Shown here: in pieces, positions 25,139 through 37,524 of the stretch
Numbering within the stretch: the stretch's first letter is position 1
How the letters are laid out: the number at the start of each line of letters is the position of its first letter
Assembly: GCA_013265495.1 (NCBI GenBank)
Contig: MU058528.1
Span: 1 to 64,000 of the forward strand
Direction: 5' to 3'
Length of the DNA: 64,000 nt
From: Vicugna vicugna
Lineage: Eukaryota
Made by a program: the position numbers and the translations under genes
Notes under the pieces: generated by a model
Seen by the model: only the letters and a program-made list of their open reading frames with translations
What the model was told of the DNA's origin: nothing
The model's database searches: none

Positions 25139-25424
25139 AAGAAACCATGTGGACTATGACACTTTTCTTCAAATATCCGAGAGGCTGCCACCTGCAAGCT
25201 TGTTGCAAACCTGTTACAAGTGGGTAGATTTTGGCACAATATTAGGAGGAATCATATAGAACACCTTTATTTCAGATGGTGGTGACTGCCTCGTCCCTGG
25301 AGGTGTTAAGCAGAGGCTCATGATCATTAGGGGTGAGCACTTTTTAAAACTAGTATCTTATCCATCACTGGTTTGCACTGTTTAATAAAATGGTAAAGGT
25401 TAAGAGGTCTTCTGGTTGAGCCGC

Positions 25425-25812
25425 AGTTACAGATTGAATGGTGTTTCCCAAAAGATACGTTGAAGTCCTAACCCTCAGCACTTCAGAATGTGACCTTATT
25501 TGGAAATAGGGTTGCTGCATTATAAGAAGGTGGCCATGTGGAGACGGAGACACAGGGAGAATGCCACGCAACGTCAAAGACAGAGATTTGATTTATGTGG
25601 CTGCCAGCCAAGGAACCCCAAAGATTGCCAGCAGACTAGAAGCCGGAAAGAAGTAAGGAAACATATTTTTACAGGTTTCAGAGGTGAGCATGGTCTTTTT
25701 GAGACCTTGAATTCTGACTCCTCGGCTCCAGAAACGTGAGACAATACATTTCTGTTGTTTTAAGCCACCCAGTTTGTGGTACTTTGATACAGCAGTCCTT
25801 AGATACTAATAT
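25425..25812 (+). mobile_element. MaLR (MLT1B/C-like) solo LTR
   Basis: gttgaagtcctaaccctcagcacttcagaatgtgaccttatttggaaatagggt...ttaagccacccagtttgtggtactttg...ctaatata. Confidence 0.85.
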
Positions 25813-27035
25813 AGCTTCCCAGTTTCAGCAAGACCACAGGGGTTAAATGCTGTGGACAAGTGTTACAATGTCTTCTTTTTTGCCTCTACAACTTTTCAAG
25901 AGGAAAATTGGGACTTCTGTCTGGCAAGGACCAGGCATTCAGTAAATATTGTGGAATGAATAAAATCACTGCTTTATCTTTAGTTTGAATTCCAGCAGGT
26001 TGATGGATTTCCCAGCTCCTGCTGGAAGTCCTGCGGCTTAAGCACTGATGGCTAAGTGTCCACATTTACTCTCTGCGCTCAGCCTCCTTGCCCGCCCGCC
26101 TTCACTTCCAGGAGGGAGGCCTGGAGCTCCTCTCCATTCCAGGCTGACTTACTCACTGTGCTTTTTAAAAATAAACCTTTATAGCAATGATGGCAAATAG
26201 AGTTCCTCTTGAATACCAGCTGCAACCATTTGAGAATGGCTGCCCGGAGGAATTCTGCTGGGGATTTTGAGGCCATTTCTGGACCTAGTGGGCACAAGAG
26301 CTAGAATCAGCTGTGAGTGTCTGCACAGGTGAGGCAGGGGCAGGTGGTGGCATTTGAGCTGGGACTTCACCATCCCTGATTTAGGGTTTGCACTACACTA
26401 TTTAGCCTTTAATTATATTGCCTTGCACTTGAACTAATTGTTTTTATTGGTGTTGGTCTTGATTCCCATATTACATTGTAAGCCAATACTTTTACCCTAT
26501 ACCATAGACTCTGTCTGTCTGTCTGTCTCCATACTTATGGTAAATGCTATCTGGCTGATGTACCCAGTGCATTCTGTAGGCTCTGAACTGTAGACTTATA
26601 ACAATAACAATAAAGGTACGTACTAAAGGGCCTGGCATTCTTCTAAACCACGACATCACAGATTCTAACCACAGGGAACAACATAATAGCACACTCATGC
26701 TTTATCTCTCACAGCCCCTAACGCTACCGTTAAATCTCTAGATATTCAGAAATGTTCAATTGAATGACGGAATTTGAAATACCTGCAATTAAGAACTTAT
26801 TCACATGAATAAATAAAAGATATAGGACTAGAGATAGAGGAAGTAAAGGGGGAAAAGGGTGGAAAGAAATGCAGGAGATGGCGAAACGTGAAATAGTTTG
26901 AGCATAACTGTTAGAGCTGGCAGGTAGCTAGATATGAGCAGAGAAAGGGGGGCACAGGCCAAATGGCAGGAAACCACACATCTTGTGAACAATGGGGATC
27001 CCTGTGCAGACAAAGAAAATCAGGGAACTTTGGAC

Positions 27036-27518
27036 TGATAAGAAACCACATATTTTGGGTTAAGTGTCCTGGAGGCAGATAGAGAAAGGTATATGGATAA
27101 GGCAGGAATCTCCGGCATCTGAATGTAACGTTTTATGCCCTCATCCAAATGTAACCTTCTGCTCATTATGCCCTCGTTAGGATAAAATTAGCCTTGCAGA
27201 TAAGATGTACCTATTATTCATGAATGCCATAACACTTTCCATTAAGACAAAAATTCCTCCTCCCCTCAGAAAAGTGAGCTGGGATGCAAATCAGTGACCC
27301 CAAACCCCTCCCTCTCCAATGAATATTCCACCCATTTATTTTTATACCCCGTATAACCAATTTGCTGAAGAAACTCAAGGCAGTTACTCATCTGAGTCTG
27401 CCCACTTCTCCCCTTGAAGGTGTACTCTGGATTAATAATCCTTGCTTTGCTTTCTTGACTTCTGTGTCTCATTTCTGAATTCTTCCTGCACGAGACAAGA
27501 ACCTACTGTCCTGTAACA
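27036..27518 (+). mobile_element. ERV solo LTR, family not assigned
   Basis: TG...CA bounds (tgataag...gtaaca), TATA-like gtataa, and U5-like ...ctgaattcttcctgcacgagacaagaacc. No clean TSD; 5' end uncertain. Confidence 0.6.
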
Positions 27519-27755
27519 TAACTTTTTAAAATTTCAGTTATGGGGATTTGGAAAATTTCAGCTGATTCCCAACACTATAGATATTTAAGTTGTGTTTTAC
27601 ATGCTAAGTAAAAAGTTAATTTATAAAGTTATGAGCAAATGCAGCTCTGTGTGTTCTTATTGCATTGTCTAATTTCTTGTTACTCTTGCCCTAGTCTGCA
27701 GGAGTAAGAAGGCTTCAATTCTTCTTGGTTTTAACTAATTTCAGCCGTGAATATT

Positions 27756-28854
27756 GTAAAACAAAGAATGTTCCCTGCCGTCCAGTTCTAGAAGGATTAA
27801 GTCTTTAGCTATTCTGGTCACTGACCGACAGTGCACCCTGAAAGGAATTCAGGATGAAAAACAGGATGAGGTACTCTGTGCTTTGGAAAAACAGGCCCTT
27901 TAGATAGTTAGATGTATTTCCCAGAAAGAATTTTAATGATCCCAGGTTCTTGCATTTTCCCATATACAGAAAAGCACTAAAACCATTAACTGAGATGTCT
28001 GTTCCTGTGACTACCAGTAGTCTTTTACTGAGATGTGTGCTTGACTGCATGCATCCCCTAGTCAAAAATTATATATATAATATATAGCCAAAAATTATAT
28101 ATATATATACACATAATACATATAATATATACACACAAACACAATGTATATATGGCTCTCTTACCTGAAAACTGAGTTTGCTTTTTGGTGGGTGTGGAGC
28201 CAAAAGACACACCCACATCAAAATCAGGAGGAGGAAGGTTGATAACTTGCAGCAAGTAAGGAGCGCCCTGGGGATCTTTCCCAAAGCCGTGTCCCCCCAA
28301 ACAGCAAAATTGGGGAAGTTTAAACTAAGGATACATGCATATTCATGAAGGGGCTTAGGCGGGCCACAGAGTCCAAGCTCCAGCTGATGGGAGTCACGAG
28401 GTCAGGAGAGGTCAGCAGCAGCATCCCTTAGGTTCCCCTGATCTGGTGGTTGAGCGCATCAGGCTGATCTTTACCACTGAAACACAACTGGGGGTCTTTC
28501 CAACTGATATATTATCTTTGCTACTGTTACTTCTCTTGCCTGTTAACAGTCCTCTGTTTCCTCATTCTTTTTTTCCCTTAAGATCATCAATTACTGAGAC
28601 CTGTTCCAGGGCAAGCACATGGCCAGACTTAGATCCCAAAATGCCTTAGGCCAAAGATGGCTTCTCTTATGTCAAGAAAGCCGTGCCTGGTTCTCGTTCT
28701 CTGGGGACCCCCTACCCTATCTGGTCACAGCTTCTCCCCTTGCCTCTTCAGGGCAGCTCCCTCAGAGCTACTCTGTCTCCCAGGTTATAGTTCTAAGTAA
28801 AACCCAGAATAAAACCTGACATCACAGGTCTTATGTTGTGTGGTTTAGTTGACA
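27756..28854 (+). mobile_element. ERV1-like solo LTR interrupted by a (TA)n-rich tract and a second LTR
   Basis: Starts tgtaaaacaaagaatgtt, resumes after the insert as ttctccccttgcctctt...cagagcta...aataaaac, and ends gttgaca. Confidence 0.7.
28159..28729 (-). mobile_element. Nested ERV1-like solo LTR, opposite orientation
   Basis: ttacctgaaaactgagtttgctttttggtgggtgtggagccaaaagacac... resembles an artiodactyl LTR as recalled. Flanked by gctc/gctt, a 4-bp TSD with one mismatch. Confidence 0.65.
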
Positions 28855-29669
28855 GTTTCATAAATATGAATTACTAAATATATTTTCAGAGTATTAAAAT
28901 AATTCTAAAATAAGAGCTATCACGGAAGAAAAGTAATTATGACTCTTTACTAGGAGAATTTTCTTGAACCTTGAGGCTTTCACATATCAAAAACTCCACG
29001 TCCCTGTCAGCTTTTCCTCTCTCTTCTCCCTTCATAGCCAGAATCGAAGGCAGAATTTTCTGTATTTATTATCTACGCTTTCTCACTTCACATACGTTTT
29101 TCAAAGCACTGAAGCCTAGACTTACTCTATAAAAGCTACTCTAAACAAAGTGATCAACTCTTTTCTTTTTACGTGATGGCTTCCTGTCTGTCTTCCTGAC
29201 ATCTTAGCAGCATGTGGTACTGTTACCCACTCTCCTATCTGAGTCTTCTTTTTTCCTTCAACCTCTGTTCTGCACGCTCTCCTGACTTTCCTCCCTTATG
29301 TCAGATGCCTTGTCTCAGTCTCCTGTGAACTCTCATTTCCCTTTGTATATTTTTGAAAGCAAACTTGAGGTATTTTGGAGGGATTATCAGGAAGATTTTG
29401 GAATAGATTCGATGTAGGAAGTGAGGAAAAGAGGTGTCAGAAACTAGGCGATGGGGGAGAGGCATTTGTTGCGACAGAGAAGAAAGACTGAAGAAAATGA
29501 AAGTGCATGTCTGTGTGTTTATCAAGGATTCCATCTTGGGTTATTTTATGTCATTGCGTTCCCACTGGAGAGAAACAACGTATTGTTCTGACCCTCAAGT
29601 AATCTGCCAATGCAAATAATAACAACAATATATTACCTGATTATTCCTATACAAAAACTCCTGTTTTCT

Positions 29670-30120
29670 GTTTTTTGAGAAAATCAGACAAAGTTTAATA
29701 GCATGCATACCTGGGGGAGACCCAGGAAAACTGAATAACTCACCAAAACGGCTGAAAACTTCCCCTTAAATATCATCCTCAGCTAAAGACAAAAGAGGAT
29801 GCGGAGGCTGGGGAGGGCAGGCATGGGAGGCTGCCAGGAGAAGCACAGCAAGCAGGAGTGAGGCGGTCATGCAGATTTAGGTCAACTCCTTCTCACTGAT
29901 AAGAGTGTCTAGAAATTTGATCACCCCTTCCAGGCACAGAGGAAGACACCCTTACAAATAAGGATTTCCCTTATAAATATAAATATTTCTTACAAAAGTG
30001 GAGGTTGTACTTGGATTTCAGAGTTTCCCCCATGTTACAACTTCTTAGGAAACAGCTGGCTTAAAATAATTAATAGGCCAAAGAGACGTATTTTGGGGTG
30101 GCAGATTCTGTTCCCTTGTA
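29670..30120 (-). mobile_element. Older ERV1 LTR (MER34/MER39-like)
   Basis: ttaaatatcatcctcagctaaagacaaaag...ataggccaaagagacgtattttggggtggcagattctg. Boundaries approximate. Confidence 0.6.
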
Positions 30121-30169
30121 GACTTCATACAGCAGACTCATTGGTGTGGGCCATGGGATTTGACTTTTA

Positions 30170-31070
30170 AAAACTTTTTATTTTGAAATAATTATAGATC
30201 CATAAAAATTTAGTAAAATAGTACACAGGGGTCCTATATGCCTGTCACCCCACTTCCCCAGTGGTGCACTGTGGACCCAGGGACACTTCTGGGAACAATA
30301 CTAACTGGAACATAGACTTTTGCTCTGTTTTCATGATCTTTTCACTTGCATTCATTTTCTTATATGTCTTCATATATAATTCTAGGACATTTGATCACAC
30401 CTACAGTTCTGTGGTCTGAATATGTCCCCACAGAATTCCTATGATGACACCTAACCCCCAAAGTGGTGGTATTTGGAGGCGGGGCCTTTGGGAGGTGATC
30501 AATCATGAGGGCAGAGCCCTTATGAGTAGGATTAGTGCCCAAAGAGGTCCAGAGAGCCCCCTTTACCCTCATCCCCCTGTGACGTTACAGAGAAAAATCT
30601 GCCGTCTATGAACCAGGAAGCAAGCTCTTACCAGACACCAAATCTACTGGTGACTTGATCTTGGACTCCCCAGCGTCCAGAACTGTGAAAAATAAATGTT
30701 TTCTGTTTATAAGAAACCCAATCTGTGGTATTTTGTTAGGGCAGCCCAAATGGACTAAGACATATAGATTCAAATAATCACCATTACAACCAAAATATAA
30801 ATCTGTTTCATCACCATAAAGGGACTCCCTCCTGCTGCTTTATTATCACACCTTTCCTCTCCTTCCTGAATCCCTTGGCAACCACTTATCTGTTCTCCAT
30901 CTCTAGAATCATCACCTTGAGAATGTTCTATAAATGGAATCATACAGTATGTGGCCTTTGGAAGTGTGGTTTTTTCCTTTCCCCCCCATTCTGCATAATA
31001 CCCTTAAAAGCATCCAACTTGATGTGTGTATCAGTGTTCAGTCCTTCTTACTACTGAATAGCATTCTAAG
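30170..31070 (-). mobile_element. Ancient L1M 3' fragment interrupted by an MLT1A LTR
   Basis: ttttattttgaaataattatagat... and cccttggcaaccacttatctgttctccatctcta...taaatggaatcatacagtatgt are typical antisense L1M 3' UTR motifs. Confidence 0.7.
30408..30762 (+). mobile_element. MLT1A-like solo LTR
   Basis: gtggtctgaatatgtcccc...gtatttggaggcggggcctttgggaggtgat...gtattttgttagggcagcccaaatggactaagaca. Confidence 0.88.
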
Positions 31071-31636
31071 ATTTGTTTTTGAGAGCCTACTGGAGTCCTA
31101 GGTATGGAGTGTACATCGCCTTGCCAACCTGATACAAAGTATTCAATGAAACAACTGAAGCTGATACAATGGGAAATAGAAATTGTGATAAAGAAAGAAG
31201 AAAAACAAAGAAGGAAATTCTTAGCCCTTCTTAGGGGAAAACCATGGTCTGGAAACAATGCCCACATGCCAGTGCTTTCCAAGGTGACTTTACAGAATGC
31301 CAGCAGGTCCAATGAAGAAAAACATTTAATGGTGAAGTTTAAGAAATCATAAAAGGTGTTACTGCAGTGGGATTGATCTTTAATAATGTAATACATATTT
31401 TGAATTCTAAGAGAAGGCTATGAAATTCTCTGCTTTCCAGACCTTTAGACCAGCATATATCAATGTCCTTTTCCTAGAATTTTCCAGGGAAAATATTTTG
31501 AGTAGAGATGTTGTAAGTTAATACACAATATTTAAGTTCTAAAATGATCATGAAGTTTTATCACAGAGTCAAATGTGTTTATTAAGTTGCTTTTAAGGTT
31601 TATAATAGGCGTAAAATATAATAGAGTTACTTTAAT

Positions 31637-32385
31637 TGAAGGAGAATTAATAAAATGGCCACACTTAGGCTGACAGATTGCTTATTCTTATGCTTGCCCT
31701 AAAAACCATCAACTGATCTGACTGATCATTTGCTACTTACAGCTCCAGGCCTGTTGTTAAATAAAACTGTTAATTTTTACGGTTTCTGCTTTATTCCAGC
31801 AATCAAAAGTAACAATCATACTTGGTTTCTGAGTTGTTCTCCAGGAAGAAGTTCATGGAACTGTGACCTTAAAAAATAGCCTGAATTAGATCTCGTGGTG
31901 GCTCACAGTGAAAGATAATGTGACAATGAACATATGTATGTTCATGTATAACTGAAAAATTGTGCTTTACAATGGAATTTGACACAACATTGTAAAATGA
32001 CTATAACTCAATAAAAAAATGTTAAAATAAATAGCCTGAATTAGCAAGAAGACCACACCTTGGGCACTTACAAGATAAAGAGATTGAAAAAGTGATAACC
32101 ACCATCCTACATAGAACTGGTCCTCTGGAGGCATCATGACACTACTCTAAGTCTTCTGATGAGAAAATGATTCTGTTGATTGTTATCGATGCTTTACTGT
32201 TAAAGCTATGGCTATATAATTGCCCTGCCCCATCCCCAAGGTAGGTTCACAGTTTTGAAGGCACACACCTGCTGTGAGTCCCCTTTGCCCAGCAAAGTAA
32301 TAAAGCTGCCTCTTCTAAGCTCTAAGACCCTGTTTCTGAGTTTCAATTTGGCTTATCAAGGACGGGGGCTGATCTTTCAGCAACA
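31637..32385 (+). mobile_element. ERV solo LTR, copy A, containing an L1 3' insertion
   Basis: TGAAGG...CAACA with perfect 4-bp TSD TAAT (31633-31636 / 32386-32389). Homologous along its length to 39079-39618. Confidence 0.9.
31890..32028 (+). mobile_element. Young L1 3' end nested in LTR copy A
   Basis: Perfect 16-bp TSD aaatagcctgaattag (31874-31889 / 32029-32044). The empty site is visible in copy B at ~39304-39320. Confidence 0.92.
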
Positions 32386-32442
32386 TAATAGTGGAAATAT
32401 GGTAAAATATGGTACATATGGTAAAAGCACCAAAATGGTAAA

Positions 32443-32473
<31 letters not shown>

Positions 32474-32560
32474 AAAAAAAAAAAGAAACATAATAGTGGA
32501 AATATGGTAAAATATGGTACATTTGGTAAAAGCACCAAAATGGTAAAAAAAAAAAAAAAA
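32382..32560. repeat. Two near-identical ~57-bp units, each followed by a poly(A) run
   Basis: aacataatagtggaaatatggtaaaatatggtacat(a/t)tggtaaaagcaccaaaatggt plus A-run occurs at 32382 and 32487, with one substitution. Confidence 0.92.
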
Positions 32561-32920
32561 GTCAAACTCATAGAACCAGAGAATGGAAAAATGGTTGCCA
32601 GGGGCTGGGGGTGGGGAAATGGGGAGATGTTGCTCAAAGGGCATAGCCTTTCAGCTGTAAGAGAAATAATTTCTGGGGCTCTAATATACTTCATGGTCAC
32701 TATAGTTAATAATACTGCATTACATACTTGAAATTTGCCAATAGTAGATCTTAAGTATTCTCACCGCACCAAAAAAAAAGGTAAATATGTGAGGTGATGG
32801 ATATATTAAATTGATTATGGTAATAATGTCACAATGTATACTTATATCAAGTCATTAGATTTTACATCTTAAGTATAAGCAGTTTTTATTCATCAATGCC
32901 TCAATAAAGCTGGAAAAAAA
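32561..32920 (+). mobile_element. L1MA/MB-type 3' end
   Basis: gtcaaactcatagaaccagagaat...ggttgccaggggctggggg...atagttaataatactgcattacatacttgaaatttgc...caataaagctggaaaaa. Confidence 0.85.
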
Positions 32921-32936
32921 CACAAAAAGTATGCTG

Positions 32937-32950
32937 CCACGAGGGGGCAG
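32937..32950 (+). promoter_or_regulatory. Candidate CTCF binding site
   Basis: CCACGAGGGGGCAG matches the core CCASYAGRKGGCRS at 13 of 14 positions. Motif evidence only. Confidence 0.55.
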
Positions 32951-33475
32951 AAGAGGATTAGAGCGAAGAGAAACCTCCAAAATTGTTGCCTAATTTAAAA
33001 AGCCCTGTTGTGCACTAAAAAGTGGGATCTGAGAGCTTCTTCTCCTTTTTGTGCAAACAGATAACAACGTTATTAACATATTCCACTTACTTCCATTACC
33101 ATATACTTTTTAGGATGCTTACTTTGGCATGTACATAATTTATGAATAATAATATGTTATTTTTAGAGTAAAAAATACATCCAGACGGACAGCTGGTTTT
33201 TGGCTTCATAAAAGTAAATCATGATTTTAAAAACCTCAGAGATCATTAGACTTTGGACAGTTTAGAAAGAGATACTGTTACCATATTGTACTGTTGTCTT
33301 CCCAGCCTGTTTTGGTTAGGGAATAAGTTACAGCAAGTAAAGTTTGACCTAGAATTTGTGGAATTTTAATCTCCTAATGGAACCAAAGAATCTCCATTAA
33401 GCCTCTAACGTATATTTTTTATCATCTTTTGTCGCCTACTTTTGCTTTGTGCTTGAAGTAGTTTTTTTCTTCCAA

Positions 33476-33662
33476 TGCTGCTGCTGCTGCTACTTCTTTT
33501 CTTCTTCTTCTTCTTCTTCTTCTTCTTCTTCTTCTTCTTCTTCTTCTTCTTCTTCTTCTTCTTCTTCTTCTTCTTCTTCTTCTTCTTCTTCTTCTTCTGC
33601 TTATACTTCATCTTCTTCTTCTTCTTCTTCTTCTTTCTTCTTCTTCTTCTTTCTTCTTCTTT
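33476..33662. repeat. Compound microsatellite: short (CTG)n, (TTC)33, then interrupted (TTC)n
   Basis: Uninterrupted TTC from 33499 to 33597 read directly from the sequence. Confidence 0.97.
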
Positions 33663-36600
33663 TTAATAATCACAGCTGGAGAAGAACAAATATAGCTGAA
33701 AAGATAGCAAAATGGACCTTTGGTTGACTGGCGAGCTTCTCCCTGTCTTTGCTCCCAGCACCAGACCCCCGCATGCTCTTCTTCATCCTGAACTAGGTTA
33801 TCTGTATAAAAGCTTCTAATGAGCTTCCAGGAGCCCCTTTCATTTGGGAGGACTGTCTAGAGATTGTCTAACAGGAAAGTGAGCCACTGGGTTTGATGCT
33901 GTAATGGAGGAACCATCCCACCACGGGTTTTATCCACTCTCCTTGTCCTTTCCCTAAAGTGATCGCTTGTTTGTGACATGGTTTTCCTGGTGAGGGAGGG
34001 CTCAGATGGGAGTTGCATCTCCCTGAACGTGGCAGTCATTCCCAGGGACCAAAATCTGGGAAAGTGGCAGGTCCTCAGACAGGAAAATCAGGAGGTGGGG
34101 CAGGGAAGGCCTGCCTTTCTCAGGGTAGTGATCCCCTGGGGCTGCTTGCTCCCAGATGGAAGGGGATTCCGATGCCCGCGGCCACACAGGAAGGCTGGGA
34201 GGCAGGGAGGAGCCTGAAGATGAATGAATTAGCCCACACAGACTGGAGTATCTAGGGGTTTGTTTATTCTCCTCCGGTTCTCTCTTAGATGCTAATGATT
34301 TCTAAATGGTTTGGTCTTATTTCAGTTGCACTGAAGGGAATTTAAGAAAGTTGAACTTTCAGATGAGAACCATGCCTCCCCTGGAGGCAGTGCGGAACTG
34401 GTAGCCTTCACAGAGGAGACGCTGAAAGCAGGAGTTTGAATGTCAGGTTCCCAAAGCCTAGTCCTTGAAGGGGGACGGAGTCCTCTCAGACACAGAGCAG
34501 GACGTGTGGAAAGGGGGGATGATGGGAGTTTCTGCCCACGCAGAACACCGCAGAGCACTGCCCTCGAGGCTTCTCGCTTGACAAAGACCTTTCAAGTCTC
34601 CCAGTTATTAGGATGAGACGATCATAGAAGTGATTTGTTTTTGTTTATTATCAACTCATATCTGACTCCCTTCCAACTGTTTTCAAGTGAGGGAGCCAAA
34701 AACTGGTTCTGAAAGGTTAAGCGATGTTCCCAGATTCACAGGGTTAAAGTCAGGGTGGGGGAAAAGTTCAGGTTTCCTGAGTCCGTGTTGTTTTGACACT
34801 GCCCCAGCGAGGGCTCTTTCCACTTTCTTGGTCAAATCTTCCTCTGCCATGAGACAGAAGTTTCAGGACACCAGGACACAGAGATCAGTCAAGAAATGTT
34901 TCTACAAGGTCTTTATTTTCCTCCTAAGACAGTGCTAAACAATCTTAGATGTTAAATGCATGATTTTCAGTCCTAGGCTGAAAGTGGAATTCCTTCAAGG
35001 ACTCTAGGACCCTGAACTGTGTGACTCATTGGTTGAAGGGGCAGATATAGAAAGCTTCTTCTGCCAGCCCCACGGCCAAGTCCTGAGGGTGTGACAAGGT
35101 GAGTGTTGAGAGGTCTGTGTGTGTGTGTGTCCTTCCATTGCCCTCTTGGGAAAGAAATGGTAGGTGGTTGGACATCAGATCATTGCCCTCTTTCTTTGTA
35201 CAGTACACCGAAGGGCAAAGTCCTGTCTGTTGTAAGTTAGACATGAGAGAAGGAAGCCCTCTCAATTCCAAACAGAGGGGCACTGAGCAGGGATATCTAG
35301 GAGTTCCATTTTCTCCTCCTCAGTGCAGTCTATCTTCTGGAAAAAAAAATACTAAGATGTTGATGGCAATTACTTAATAATCACAGATGGTGACTCCACT
35401 GTGCCTGTGAAATGGAAGATCATCGGCATTGTCAGCGCCCATCCGGAACCCAGGGCAGACCTCTCTTCAACTTGGCAGCTCCCCGTGGTCAGCCTGGGAC
35501 CTTGAACAGCAGCTAACACTGATCGCTCACCTACTATGTGTCTACATTGTTCAGAGTTCTTCACGTGTTTTATAGCAGGTAATCAATCCTTCCATATGTC
35601 CCAGGACTATGTAGACAGAGCCAACATTACTGATGGAGACGCTGACAAAACGAGGTTGAGTATATATCATGTGATAGAAGGTGGAGAGCCTGAGTCAAGT
35701 CCCAAAGTCTGGTTCCAGTGTGCTCCTAACCCCTACACCACCCTGCCCGCTGGTAGCACTCACCTGGACTTATGCACCTAGATTAAATCTTGCAGATTTT
35801 ATTCACAGTCCTTTAGGTTTTGGCGTGATCACACACATGGAAGTTCCTCTTATTTGGGGAGAGCAATCCATAGTAAAAACTGGAGTTTAATTAAAAAAAA
35901 AATCACTCTGGTACATACTCAAGAATAATGTGCCTGGGGTGTCATTTCCTAAATTTGACTCATTGATATTATTTTTGAATGATACAGTGAGTGTTTATTG
36001 AAATATTATTTAGTGTTTAACTAAATGTAAGTGAGTCCTTTACATGTATTACCTCTTAATCCATCCGGCAACCAAATGTACTGTTATTGTCCTGAGTTTA
36101 AGATGAATTTAAAGTTATTGAATAATTTCCCCATGTTCTATAGCTTCTTAAAGGCAGATGTGAGGTCTGAACCCAGCACTGTGACTCCAGGGCCCACATT
36201 CTCAGCCACTGAGTTATGTCAGTGCCCCAGCTGGCTGTTTGGCAGTTCGGGATGGACATCTTTCCAATCAGTTAGCTTTCCTGAAAACCTGGGAGCAGGA
36301 TAGATCGGTCTCTGTGTTCCTGAATGTTGTTTTGCTGATTGTGTTCTGCTCTTGAGCCATCTGTGTACCATTCTTTCTTCCTTTAGTATTCAGTTTTCAT
36401 CACCTGGCTTTGATTTGCTCAAGCTCTTTCCTCTATGCAATTTGTATTGTTTTGGTTTCTTTTTCTATGGAAACCATTTTTTTTTTGGTTGTTAATTTAA
36501 TAGTACATGTTTTACTACTTTGAAGTCTTATTCTTTCACTATAATAATGAAATTTACATAGCATTATGATGGATGTTTTCAGCAAAAAAATATATACATA

Positions 36601-37524
36601 TCTATAATTTTAAATTTATTAAATTGTGCCCCTATAAATAACCTTATGAATTGTTTGTCAAACAACTGATCTAAACTGACTTGCCAATGTCACTTTTTCC
36701 ACACAGCATGATTTGAGGGGTGTAGAAAAATGTCTGCCTTAAATATTTGTTAATGGTATAGAGCAAGTATTAAACCCAGGGAGTCCTCTAAGGGCACAAC
36801 TAGGGTCATCCCAGGACTATGTATTAACATACGAGTGTTGTATTAGAGAAATGAGTTGCTTCAAGTTGCAGAGAGTGGGGCAGAAGCCTTTGGTGGAAGG
36901 GGTCTGGACCAGGTATATGCATCCCCAGTGCACAGCATTTTACTTGCTGCATGTGTGATGGGTCAGGCAGCTGGGAGGGTATGAGAGTCTTGAAGAAAGT
37001 GAGGGGCCAGGGGTGGGGAGACAAAAAGATTAAGTTGAAAAAGGCAGGAAAAGCTAAATACATATGTGGACTTGTGGTGGTGAATGTCCACGTAGTCGCC
37101 TACCCAGCTCACAGCACTTCCCCTTCTTGGGTAACCTTCCATCTCTTGCCCCCTACTCCCTGCCAATCACTCCAGCCTCCATTCAAGTGATTATAGTGGG
37201 AATGGCCAAGTCCACACAACGTGACTTTGCCTTCACAGCTGATTGGGCAAATATGGGCCAATTTGTTCCTTCTCAAATCTCTGAGACCAAGAGATTCTAG
37301 ACAGTTGGCTGTTGTCCCAAACAGAGAAGATATAAACCAGGACTCAGTGAGACAGAAGAATGAGGCAGATGCTGGTGAGTGGACTCTTTGGTTTTCTCCA
37401 GTGATCTAGTTGGAATTTTGTCTAATCCATTCCCTAGGGCCATTTGTAACTCTGCCTTTGGCATTGACAGACACCTCTGCATTTTTGCTTAATTGATTGA
37501 ACTTCCTATCATTTATAACAAGTT

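Noticed and set aside
32382..32560. CRISPR-like or functional repeat array
   Set aside because: Only two units separated by homopolymer, in eukaryotic repeat context.
33405..33727. Poly-Lys, poly-Ser and poly-Phe ORFs
   Set aside because: Translations of the (TTC)n microsatellite.
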